Below are positions 37,170-49,100 of a stretch of DNA of 64,000 nt, one piece after another. Each line of letters starts with the position of its first letter. The stretch's first letter is position 1. Position numbers and translations under genes: made by a program. Origin of the DNA: Eledone cirrhosa (Eukaryota); NCBI GenBank assembly GCA_964016885.1, contig OZ024741.1, positions 408,146,001-408,210,000 of the forward strand, read 5' to 3'. The notes under the pieces were generated by a model. The model was not told where the DNA came from. It made no database searches and saw only the letters and a program-made list of their open reading frames with translations.

Positions 37170-40100
37170 ATGGCTGGTTAACTGGAAGGTTAATAGGTTT
37201 GTTGGGTGGATGGCTGAGTAACTGGAAGGTTAATAGGTTTGTTGGGTGGATGGCTGAGTAACTGGAAGGTTAATAGGTTTGTTGGGTGGATGGCTGGGTA
37301 ACTGGAAGGTTAACAGTTTTGTTGGGTGGATTCATGGGTAACTGGAAGGTTAGCAGGATTGTTGGGTGGATGGCTGAGTAACTGGAAGGTTAACAGGTTT
37401 GTTGGGTGGATGGCTGGGTAACTCGAAGATTAGCAGGTTTGTTGAGTGGATGGCTGGGTAACTGGAAGTTTAGCAGGTTTGATGGGTGGATGGCTGAGTA
37501 ACTGGAAGGTTAACAGGTTTGTTGGGTGGATGGCTGGGTAACTGGAAGGTTAGCAGGTTTGTTGGGTGGATGGCTGGGTAACTGGAAGATTAACAGGTTT
37601 GTTGGGTGGATGGTGGGTAACTGGAAGGTTAACAGGTAAGTTGGGTGGATGGCTGGGTAACTGGAAGGTTAACAGTTTTGTTGGGTTGATGGCTGGGTAA
37701 CTGGAAGGTTAATAGGTTTGTTGGCTGGATGGCTGAGTAACTGGAAGGTTAGCAGGTTTGTTGGGTGGATGGCTGGGTACCGGAAGGTTAACAGGTTTTT
37801 TGGGTGGAGGGCTGGGTAACTGGAAGTTTAGCAGATTTGTTGGGTGGATACCTGGGTAACTGGAAGTTTAGCAGGTTTGTCGGGGGCATGGCTGGGTTAC
37901 TGGAAGGTTAGCAGGTTTGTTGGGTGGATGGCTGGGTAACTGGAAGGTTAGCAGGTTTGTTGGATGGATGGCTGGGTACTGAAAGGTTAGCAGGATTGTT
38001 GGGTAGATGGCTAGGTAACTGGAAGGTTAGCTGGTTTGTTGAGTGGATGGCTGGGTAACTGGAAGGTTAGCAGGTTTGTTGGGTGGATGGCTGAGTAACT
38101 GGAAGGTTAGCAGTTTTGTTGGGTGGATGGCTGGGTTTGTGGAAGATTAGCAGGTTTGTTGGGTGGATGGCTGGGTAACTGGAAGATTAGCAGGTTTGTT
38201 GGGTGGATGGCTTGGTAACTGGAAGGTTAACAGTTCTGTTGGGTGGATGGCTGAGTAACTGGAAGGTTAACAGGTTTGTTGGGTGGATGGCTGAGTAACT
38301 GGAAGGTTAGCAGGTTTGTTGGGTGGATGGCTGAGTAACTGGTAGGTTAACAGGTTTGTTTGGTGGGTGGCTGGGTAACTGGAAGATTAACAGGTTTGTT
38401 GGGTGGATGGCTGGGTAACTGGAAGGTTAACAGGTAAGTTGGGTGGATGGCTGGGTAACTAGAAGGTTAACAGGTTTGTTGGGTGGATGTGGCTGGGTAA
38501 CTGGAAGGTTAACAGGTTTGTTGGGTGGATGGCTGAGTAACTGGAAGGTTAGCAGGTTTGTTGGGTGGATGGCTGAGTAACTGGAAGGTTAACAGGTTTG
38601 TTGGGTGGATGGCTGAGTAACTGGAAGGTTAACAGTTTTGTTGGGTGGATGGCTGAGTCACTGGTAGGTTAACAGGTTTGTTTGGTGCGTGGCTGGGTAA
38701 CTGGAAGATTAACAGGTTTGTTGGGTGGATGGCTGGGTAACTGGAAGGTTAACAGGTAAGTTGGGTGGATGGCTGGGTAACTGGAAGGTTAACAGGTTTG
38801 TTGGGTGGATGGCTGTGTAACTGGAAGGTTAACAGGTTTGTTGGGTGGATGGCTGAGTAACTGGAAGTTTAGCAGGTTTGTTGGGTGGATGGCTGAGTAA
38901 CTGGAAGGTTAGCAGGTTTGTTGGATGGATGGCTGAGTAACTGGAAGGTTAACAGGTTTGTAGGGTGGATGGCTGAGTAACTGGAAGGTTAACAGGTTTG
39001 TTGGGTGGATGGTTGGGTAACTGGGAGGATAGCAGGTTTGTTGGGTGGATGGCTGAGTAACTGGAAGGTTAACAGGTATGTTGGGTGGATGGCTGAGTAA
39101 CTGGAAGGTTAGCAGGTTTGTTGGGTGGATGGCTGAGTAACTGGTAGGTTAACAGGTTTGTTTGGTGGGTGGCTGGATAACTGGAAGATTAACAGGTTTG
39201 TTGGGTGGATGGCTAGGTAACTGGAAGTTTAGCTGGTTTGTTGGGTGGATGGCTGGGTAACTGGAAGGTTAGCAGGTTTGTTGGGTGGATGGCTGAGTGC
39301 TGGAAGGTTAGCAGTTTTGTTGGGTGGATGGCTGGGTATTTGGAAGATTAGCAGTTTTGTTGGGTGGATGGCTGGGTACCTGGAAGATTAGCAGCTTTGT
39401 TGGGTGGATGGCTGGGTAACTGGAAGTTTAACAGGTCTGTTGGGTGGATGGCTGAGTAACTGGAAGGTTAACAGGTATGTTGGGTGGATGGCTGAGTAAC
39501 TGGAAGGTTAGCAGGTTTGTTGGGTGGATGGCTGAGTAACTGGTAGGTTAACAGGTTTGTTTGGTGGGTGGCTGGATAACTGGAAGATTAACAGGTTTGT
39601 TGGGTGGATGGCTGGGTAACTGGAAGGTTAACAGGTAAGTTGGGTCGATGGCTGGGTAACTGGAAGGTTAACAGGTTTGTTGGGTGGATGGCTGGGTAAC
39701 TGGAAGGTTAACAGGTTTGTTGGGTGGATGGCTGAGTAACTGGAAGGTTCGCAGGTTTGTTGGGTGGATGGCTGAGTAACTGGAACGTTAACAGGTTTGT
39801 TGGGTGGATGGCTGAGTAACTGGAAGGTTAACAGTTTTGTTGGGTGGATGGCTGAGTCACTGGTAGGTTAACAGGTTTGTTTGGTGGGTGGCTGGTTAAC
39901 TGGAAGATTAACAGGTTTGTTGGGTGGATGGCTAGGTAACTGGAAGGTTAACAGTTAAGTTGGGTGGAATGCTGGGTAACTGGAAGGTTAACAGGTTTGT
40001 TGGGTGGATGGCTGGGTAACTGGAAGGTTTACAGGTTTGTTGGGTGGATGGCTGGTTAACTGGAAGGTTAATAGGTTTGTTGGGTGGATGGCTGAGTAAC

Positions 40101-43100
40101 TGGAAGGTTAATAGGTTTGTTGGGTGGATGGCTGAGTAACTGGCAGGTTAATAGATTTGTTGGGTGGATGGCTGGGTAACTGGAAGGTTAGCAGTTTTGT
40201 TGGGTGGATGGCTGAGTAACTGGAAGGTTAACAGTTTTGTTGGGTGGATTCCTGGGTAACTGGAAGGTTAGCAGGTTTGTTGGGTGGATGGCTGAGTAAC
40301 TGGAAGGTTAACAGGTTTGTTGGGTGGATGGCTGGGTAACTCGAAGATTAGCAGGTTTGTTGGGTGGATGGCTGGTTAACTGGAAGGTTAATAGGTTTGT
40401 TGGGTGGATGGCTGAGTAACTGGAAGGTTAATAGGTTTGTTGGGTGGATGGCTGAGTAACTGGAAGGTTAATAGGTTTGTTGGGTCGATGGCTGGGTAAC
40501 TGGAAGGTTAACAGTTTTGTTGGGTGGATTCATGGGTAACTGGAAGGTTAGCAGGATTGTTGGGTGGATGGCTGAGTAACTGGAAGGTTAACAGGTTTGT
40601 TGGGTGGATGGCTGGGTAACTCGAAGATTAGCAGGTTTGTTGAGTGGATGGCTGGGTATCTGGAAGTTTAGCAGGTTTGATGGGTGGATGGCTGAGTAAC
40701 TGGAAGGTTAACAGGTTTGTTGGGTGGATGGCTGGGTAACTGGAAGGTTAGCAGGTTTGTTGGGTGGATGGCTGGGTAACTGGAAGATTAACAGGTTTGT
40801 TGGGTGGATGGTGGGTAACTGGAAGGTTAACAGGTAAGTTGGGTGGATGGCTGGGTAACTGGAAGGTTAACAGTTTTGTTGGGTGGATGGCTGGGTAACT
40901 GGAAGGTTAATAGGTTTGTTGGCTGGATGGCTGAGTAACTGGAAGGTTAGCAGGTTTGTTGGGTGGATGGCTGGGTACCGGAAGGTTAACAGGTTTTTTG
41001 GGTGGAGGGCTGGGTAACTGGAAGTTTAGCAGATTTGTTGGGTGGATACCTGGGTAACTGGAAGTTTAGAAGGTTTGTCGGGGGCATGGCTGGGTTACTG
41101 GAAGGTTAGCAGGTTTGTTGGGTGGATGGCTGGGTAACTGGAAGGTTAGCAGGTTTGTTGGATGGATGGCTGGGTACTGAAAGGTTAGCAGGATTGTTGG
41201 GTAGATGGCTAGGTAACTGGAAGGTTAGCTGGTTTGTTGAGTGGATGGCTGGGTAACTGGAAGGTTAGCAGGTTTGTTGGGTGGATGGCTGAGTAACTGG
41301 AAGGTTAGCAGTTTTGTTGGGTGGATGGCTGGGTTTGTGGAAGATTAGCAGGTTTGTTGGGTGGATGGCTGGGTAACTGGAAGATTAGCAGGTTTGTTGG
41401 GTGGATAGCTTGGTAACTGGAAGGTTAACAGTTCTGTTGGGTGGATGGCTGAGTAACTGGAAGGTTAACAGGTTTGTTTGGTGGGTGGCTGGGTAACTGG
41501 AAGATTAACAGGTTTGTTGGGTGGATGGCTGGGTAACTGGAAGGTTAACAGGTAAGTTGGGTGGATGGCTGGGTAACTGGAAGGTTAACAGGTTTGTTGG
41601 GTGGATGTGGCTGGGTAACTGGAAGGTTAACAGGTTTGTTGGGTGGATGGCTGAGTAACTGGAAGGTTAGCAGGTTTGTTGGGTGGATGGCTGAGTAACT
41701 GGAAGGTTAACAGGTTTGTTGGGTGGATGGCTGAGTAACTGGAAGGTTAACAGTTTTGTTGGGTGGATGGCTGAGTCACTGGTAGGTTAACAGGTTTGTT
41801 TGGTGCGGGGCTGGATAACTGGAAGATTAACAGGTTTGTTGGGTGGATGGCTGGGTAACTGGAAGGTTAACAGGTAAGTTGGGTGGATGGCTGGCTAACT
41901 GGAAGGTTAACAGGTTTGTTGGGTGGATGGCTGTATAACTGGAAGGTTAACAGGTTTGTTGGGTGGATGGCTGAGTAACTGGAAGTTTAGCAGGTTTGTT
42001 GGGTGGATGGCTGAGTAACTGGAAGGTTAACAGGTTTGTTGGGTGGATGGCTGAGTAACTGGAAGGTTAACAGGTTTGTAGGGTGGATGGCTGAGTAACT
42101 GGAAGGTTAACAGGTTTGTTGGGTGGATGGTTGGGTAACTGGGAGGATAGCAGGTTTGTTGGGTGGATGGCTGAGTAACTGGAAGGTTAACAGGTATGTT
42201 GGGTGGATGGCTGAGTAACTGGAAGGTTAGCAGGTTTGTTGGGTGGATGGCTGAGTAACTGGTAGGTTAACAGGTTTGTTTGGTGGGTGGCTGGATAACT
42301 GGAAGATTAACAGGTTTGTTGGGTGGATGGCTAGGTAACTGGAAGTTTAGCTGGTTTGTTGGGTGGATGGCTGGGTAACTGGAAGGTTAGCAGGTTTGTT
42401 GGGTGGATGGCTGAGTGCTGGAAGGTTAGCAGTTTTGTTGGGTGGATGGCTGGGTATTTGGAAGATTAGCAGTTTTGTTGGGTGGATGGCTGGGTACCTG
42501 GAAGATTAGCAGGTTTGTTGGGTGGATGGCTGGGTAACTGGAAGTTTAACAGGTCTGTTGGGTGGATGGCTGAGTAACTGGAAGGTTAGCAGGTTTGTTG
42601 GGTGGATGGCTGAGTAACTGGTAGGTTAACAGGTTTGTTTGGTGGGTGGCTGGATAACTGGAAGATTAACAGGTTTGTTGGGTGGATGGCTGGGTAACTG
42701 GAAGGTTAACAGGTAAGTTGGGTCGATGGCTGGGTAACTGGAAGGTTAACAGGTTTGTTGGGTGGATGGCTGGGTAACTGGAAGGTTAACAGGTTTGTTG
42801 GGTGGATGGCTGAGTAACTGGAAGGTTCGCAGGTTTGTTGGGTGGATGGCTGAGTAACTGGAACGTTAACAGGTTTGTTGGGTGGATGGCTGAGTAACTG
42901 GAAGGTTAACAGTTTTGTTGGGTGGATGGCTGAGTCACTGGTAGGTTAACAGGTTTGTTTGGTGGGTGGCTGGTTAACTGGAAGATTAACAGGTTTGTTG
43001 GGTGGATGGCTAGGTAACTGGAAGGTTAACAGTTAAGTTGGGTGGAATGCTGGGTAACTGGAAGGTTAACAGGTTTGTTGGGTGGATGGCTGGGTAACTG

Positions 43101-43420
43101 GAAGGTTTACAGGTTTGTTGGGTGGATGGCTGGTTAACTGGAAGGTTAATAGGTTTGTTGGGTGGATGGCTGAGTAACTGGAAGGTTAATAGGTTTGTTG
43201 GGTGGATGGCTGAGTAACTGGCAGGTTAATAGATTTGTTGGGTGGATGGCTGGGTAACTGGAAGCTTAGCAGTTTTGTTGGGTGGATGGCTGAGTAACTG
43301 GAAGGTTAACAGTTTTGTTGGGTGGATTCCTGGGTAACTGGAAGGTTAGCAGGTTTGTTGGGTGGATGGCTGAGTAACTGGAAGGTTAACAGGTTTGTTG
43401 GGTGGATGGCTGGGTAACTC
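37170..43420 (+). repeat. Tandem duplication, two copies of about 3.1-3.2 kb (junction near 40.35 kb)
   Basis: GTCGGGGGCAT 37881/41079 (offset 3198); 2-nt insertion GGATGTGGCT 38487/41605 (3118); GGTTCGC 39750/42828 (3078). Confidence 0.88.
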
Positions 43421-45049
43421 GAAGATTAGCAGGTTTGTTGAGTGGATGGCTGAGTAACTGGAAGGTTAACAGGTTTGTTGGGTGGATGGCTGGGTAACTG
43501 GAAGGTTAGCAGGTTTGTTGGGTGGATGGCTGGGTAACTGGAAGATTAACAGGTTGGTTGGGTGGATGGCTGGGTAACTGGAAGGTTAACAGGTAAGTTG
43601 GGTGGATGGCTGAGTAACTGGAAGGTTAACAGGTTTGTTGGGTGGATGGCTGGGTAACTGGAAGGTTAATAGGTTTGTTGGGTGGATGGCTGAGTAACTG
43701 GAAGGTTAGCAGGTTTGTTGGGTGGATGGCTGGGTAACTGGAAGGTTAGCGGTTTTTTTGGGTGGATGGCTGGGTAACTGGAAGGTTAGCAGGTTTGTTG
43801 GATGGATGGCTGGGTACTGAAAGGTTAGCAGGATTGTTGGGTAGATGGCTAGGTAACTGGAAGGTTAGATGGTTTGTTGGGTGGATGGCTGGGTAACTGG
43901 AAGGTTAGAAGGTTTGTTGGGTGGATGGCTGAGTCACTGGAAGGTTAGCAGTTTTGTTGGGCGGATGGCTGGGTATTTGGAAGATTAGCAGGTTTGTTGG
44001 GTGGATGGCTGGGTAACTGGAAGATTAGCAGGTTTTTTGGGTGGATGGCTGGGTAACTGGGAGTTTAACAGGTCTGTTGGGTGGATGGCTGAGTAACTGG
44101 AAGGTTGACAGGTTTGTTGGGTGGATGGCTGGGTAACTGGAAGCTTAACAGGTTTGTTGGGTGGATGGCTGGGTAACTGGAAGGTTAAAAGGTTTGTTGG
44201 CTAGATGGCTGGGTAACTGGAATGTTAGCAGGTTTGTTGGCTGGATGGCTGGGTAACTGGAAGGTTAACAGGTTTTTTGGGTGGAGGGCTGGGTAACTGG
44301 AAGGTTAGCAGATTTGTTGGGTGGATGCCTGGGTAACTGGAAGTATAGTAGGTTTGTTGGGTGCATGGCTGGGTTACTGGAAGGTTAGCAGGTTTGTTGG
44401 GTGGATGGCTGGGTAACTGGATGGTTAGCAGGTTTGTTGGATGGATGGCTGGGTAACTGGAAGGTTAACAGGTCTGTTGGGTGGATGGCTGAGTAACTGG
44501 AAGGTTAACAGGTATGTTGGGTGGATGGCTGAGTAACTGGAAGGTTAGCAGGTTTGTTGGGTGGATGGCTGAGTAACTGGTAGGTTAACAGTTTTGTTGG
44601 GTAGATTCCTGGGTGACTGGAAGGTTAGCAGGTTTGTTGGGTGGATGGCTGGTTAACTGGAAGGTTAATAGGTTTGTTGGGTGGATGGCTGAGTAACTGG
44701 AAGGTTAATAGGTTTGTTGGGTGGATGGCTGAGTAACTGGAAGGTTAATAGGTTTGTTGGGTGGATGGCTGGGTAACTGGAAGGTTAACAGTTTTGTTGG
44801 GTGGATTCATGGGTAACTGGAAGGTTAGCAGGATTGTTGGGTGGATGGCTGAGTAACTGGAAGGTTAACAGGTTTGTTGGGTGGATGGCTGGGTAATTCG
44901 AAGATTAGCAGGTTTGTTGAGTGGATGGCTGGGTAACTGGAAGTTTTGCAGGTTTGTTGGGTGGATGGCTGAGTAACTGGAAGGTTAACAGGTTTGTTTG
45001 GTGGATGGCTGGGTAACTGGAAGGTTAGCAGGTTTGTTGGGTGGATGGC

Positions 45050-46160
45050 TGGGTAACTGGAAGATTAACAGCTTTGTTGCGTGGATGGCTGGGTAACTGG
45101 AAGGTTAACAGGTAAGTTGGGTGGATGGCTGGGTAACTGTAAGGTTAACAGGTTTGTTGGGTGGATGGCTGGGTAACTGGAAGGTTAATAGGTTTGTTGG
45201 CTGGATGGCTGGGTAACTGGAAGGTTAGCAGGTTTGTTGGGTGGATGGCTGGGTACCGGAAGGTTAACAGGTTTTTTGGGTGGAGGGCTGGGTAACTGGA
45301 AGGTTAGCAGATTTGGTGGGTGGATACCTGGGTAACTGGAAGTTTAGCAGGTTTGTTGGGTGCATGGCTGGGTTACTGGAAGGTTAGCAGGTTTGTTGGG
45401 TGGATGGCAGGGTAACTGGAAGGTTAGCAGGTTTGTTGGATGGATGGCTGGGTACTGAAAGGTTAGCAGGATTGTTGGGTAGATGGCTAGGTAACTGGAA
45501 GGTTAGCTGGTTTGTTGGGTGGATGGCTGGGTAACTGGAAGTTTAGCAGGTTTGTTGGGTGGATGGCTGAGTAACTGGAAGGTTAGCAGTTTTGTTGGGT
45601 GGATGGCTGGGTAACTGGAAGATTAACAGGTTTGTTGGGTGGATGGCTGGGTAACTGGAAGGTTAACAGGTAAGTTGGGTGGATGGCTGGGTAACTGTAA
45701 GGTTAACAGGTTTGTTGGGTGGATGGCTGGGTAACTGGAAGGTTAATAGGTTTGTTGGCTGGATGGCTGGGTAACTGGAAGGTTAGCAGGTTTGTTGGGT
45801 GGATGGCTGGGTACCGGAAGGTTGACTTTTTTTTGGGGTGGAGGGCTGGGTAACTGGAAGGTTAGCAGATTTGTTGGGTGGATACCTGGGTAACTGGAAG
45901 TTTAGCAGGTTTGTTGGGTGCATGGCTGGGTTACTGGAAGGTTAGCAGGTTTGTTGGGTGGATGGCAGGGTAACTGGAAGGTTAGCAGGTTTGTTGGATG
46001 GATGGCTGGGTACTGAAAGGTTAGCAGGATTGTTGGGTAGATGGCTAGGTAACTGGAAGGTTAGCTGGTTTGTTGGGTGGATGGCTGGGTAACTGGAAGG
46101 TTAGCAGTTTTGTTGGGTGGATGGCTGAGTAACTGGAAGGTTAGCAGTTTTGTTGGGTGG
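45050..46160 (+). repeat. Tandem duplication of a 14-monomer (558 bp) unit
   Basis: AACTGTAAG 45139/45697, offset 558 = 14x40-2, followed by the same order of GATACC, TGCAT, GGCAGG, GTACTGAAA and TAGAT variants. Confidence 0.82.
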
Positions 46161-49100
46161 ATGGCTGGGTATGTGGAAGATTAGCAGGTTTGTTGGGTGG
46201 ATGGCTGGGTAACTGGAAGATTAGCAGGTTTGTTGGGTGGATGGCTGGGTAACTGGAAGGTTAACAGTTCTGTTGGGTGGATGGCTGAGTAACTGGAAGG
46301 TTAACAGGTTTGTTGGGTGGATGGCTGAGTAACTGGAAGGTTAGCAGGTTTGTTGGGTGGATGGCTGAGTAACTGGTAGGTTAACAGGTTTGTTGGGTGG
46401 ATGGCTGGGTAACTCGAAGATTAGCAGGTTTGTTGGGTGGATGGCTGGGTATTTGGAAGATTAGCAGGTTTGTTGGGTGGATGGCTGTGTAACTGGAAGA
46501 TTAGCAGGTTTGTTGGGTGGATGGCTGGGTAACTGGGAGGTTAACAGGTCTGTTGGGTGGATGGCTGAGTAACTGGAAGGTTAACAGATTTGTTGGGTGG
46601 ATGGTTGGGTAACTGGAAGGTTAATAGGTTTGTTGGCTGGATGGCTGCGTAACTGGAAGGTTAGCAGGTTTGTTGGGTGGATGGCTGGGTACCGGAAGGT
46701 TAAAAGGTTTTTTGGGTGGAGGGCTGGGTAACTGGAAGGTTAGCAGTTTTGTTGGGTGGATGGCTGGGTAACTGGAAGATTAGCAGGTTTGTTGTGTGGG
46801 TGGCTGGGTAACTGGAAGATTAGCAGGTTTGTTGGGTGGATGGCTGGGTAACTGGGAGGTTAACAGGTCTGTTGGGTGGATGGCTGAGTAACTGGAAGGT
46901 TAACAGATTTGTTGGGTGGATGGCTGGGTAACTGGAAGGTTAACAGGTTTGTTGGGTGGATGGCTGGGTAACTGGAAGGTTAATAGGTTTGTTGGCTGGG
47001 TAACTGGAAGGTTAGCAGGTTTGTTGGGTGGATGGCTGGGTACCGGAAGGTTAACAGGTTTTTTGGGTGGAGGGCTGGGTAACTGGAAGTTTAGCAGTTT
47101 TGTTGGGTGCATGGCTGGGTTACTGGAAGGTTAGCAGGTTTGTTGGGTTGATGGCTGGGTAACTGGAAGGTTAGCAGGTTTGTTGGATGGATGGCTGGGT
47201 ACTGAAAGGTTAGCAGGTTTGTTGGCTATATGCTAGGTAACTGGAAGGTTAGCTGGTTTGTTGGGTGGATGGCTGGGTAACTGGAAGGTTAACAGGTTTG
47301 TTGGGTGGATGGCTGGGTAACTGGAAGGTTAACAGGTTTGTTGGGTGGATGGCTGGGTAACTGGAAGGTTAGCAGGTTTGTTGTGTGGATGGCTGAGTAA
47401 CTGGAAGGTCAACAGGTTTGTTGGGTGGATGGCTGAGTAACTGGAAGGTTAACAGGTTTGTTGGGTGGATGGCTGGGTAACTGGAAGGTTAACAGGTTTG
47501 TTGGGTGGATGGCTGGGTAACTGGAAGGTTAGCAGGTTTGTTGTGTGGATGGCTGAGTAACTGGAAGGTCAACAGGTTTGTTGGGTGGATGGCTGAGTAA
47601 CTGGTAGGTTAACAGGTTTGTTTGGTGGGTGACTGGGTAACTGGAAGGTTAACAGGTTTGTTGGGTGGATGGCTGGGTAACTGGAAGATTAACAGCTTTG
47701 TTGGGTGGTTGGCTGGGTATTGAAAGGTTAGCAGGTTTGTTGGGTAGATGGCTAGGTAACTGGAAGTTTAGCTGGTTTGTTGGGTGGATGGCTGGGTAAC
47801 TGGAAGGTTAGCAGGTTTGTTGGGTGAATGGCTGAGTAACTGGAAGGTTAGCAGTTTTGTTGGGTGGATGGCTGGGTATTTGGAAGATTAGCAGGTTTGT
47901 TGGGTGGATGGCTGGGTACCTGGAAGATTAGCAGGTTTGTTGGGTGGATGGCTGGGTAACTGGAAGTTTAACAGGTTTGTTGGGTGCATGGCTGGGTTAC
48001 TGGAAGGTTAGCAGGTTTGTTGGGTGGATGGCAGGGTAACTGGAAGGTTAGCAGGTTTGTTGGATGGATGGCTGGGTACTGAAAGGTTAGCAGGATTGTT
48101 GGGTAGATGGCTAGGTAACTGGAAGGTTAGCTGGTTTGTTGGGTGGATGGCTGGGTAACTGGAAGGTTAGCAGGTTTGTTGGGTGGATGGCTGAGTAACT
48201 GGAAGGTTAGCAGTTTTGTTGGGTGGATGGCTGGGTAACTGGAAGATTAACAGGTTTGTTGGGTGGATGGCTGGGTAACTGGAAGGTTAACAGGTAAGTT
48301 GGGTGGATGGCTGGGTAACTGTAAGGTTAACAGGTTTGTTGGGTGGATGGCTGGGTAACTGGAAGGTTAATAGGTTTGTTGGCTGGATGGCTGGGTAACT
48401 GGAAGGTTAGCAGGTTTGTTGGGTGGATGGCTGAGTACCGGAAGGTTAACAGGTTTTTTGTGTGGAGGGCTGGGTAACTGGAAGGTTAGCAGATTTGTTG
48501 GGTGGATACCTGGGTAACTGGAAGTTTAGCAGGTTTGTTGGGTGCATGGCTGGGTTACTGGAAGGTTAGCAGGTTTGTTGGGTGGATGACAGGGTAACTG
48601 GAAGGTTAGCAGGTTTGTTGGATGGATGGCTGGGTACTGAAAGGTTAGCAGGATTGTTGGGTAGATGGCTAGGTAACTGGAAGGTTAGCTGGTTTGTTGG
48701 GTGGATGGCTGGGTAACTGGAAGGTTAGCAGGTTTGTTGGGTGGATGGCTGAGTAACTGGAAGGTTAGCAGTTTTGTTGGGTGGATGGCTGGGTATGTGG
48801 AAGATTAGCAGGTTTGTTGGGTGGATGGCTGGGTAACTGGAAGATTAGCAGGTTTGTTGGGTGGATGGCTGGGTAACTGGAAGGTTAACAGTTCTGTTGG
48901 GTGGATGGCTGAGTAACTGGAAGGTTAACAGGTTTGTTGGGTGGATGGCTGAGTAACTGGAAGGTTAGCAGGTTTGTTGGGTGGATGGCTGAGTAACTGG
49001 TAGGTTAACAGGTTTGTTGGGTGGATGGCTGGGTAACTCGAAGATTAGCAGGTTTGTTGGGTGGATGGCTGGGTATTTGGAAGATTAGCAGGTTTGTTGG

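Larger units (their letters stand above)
16680..39400 (+). repeat. Large tandem duplication: copy A about 16.7-28.86 kb, copy B about 28.86-39.4 kb, with internal block indels
   Basis: GTTAGCAATT 16701/28881 and ATGACTGAGATAC 17481/29661 (offset 12180); GAGTC 19523/30626 and GTGACT 20405/31508 (11103); GGATACCGGGG 22951/34134 (11183); GTCGGGGGCAT 27697/37881 (10184); GTGCTGG 28751/39297 (10546). Confidence 0.88.
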
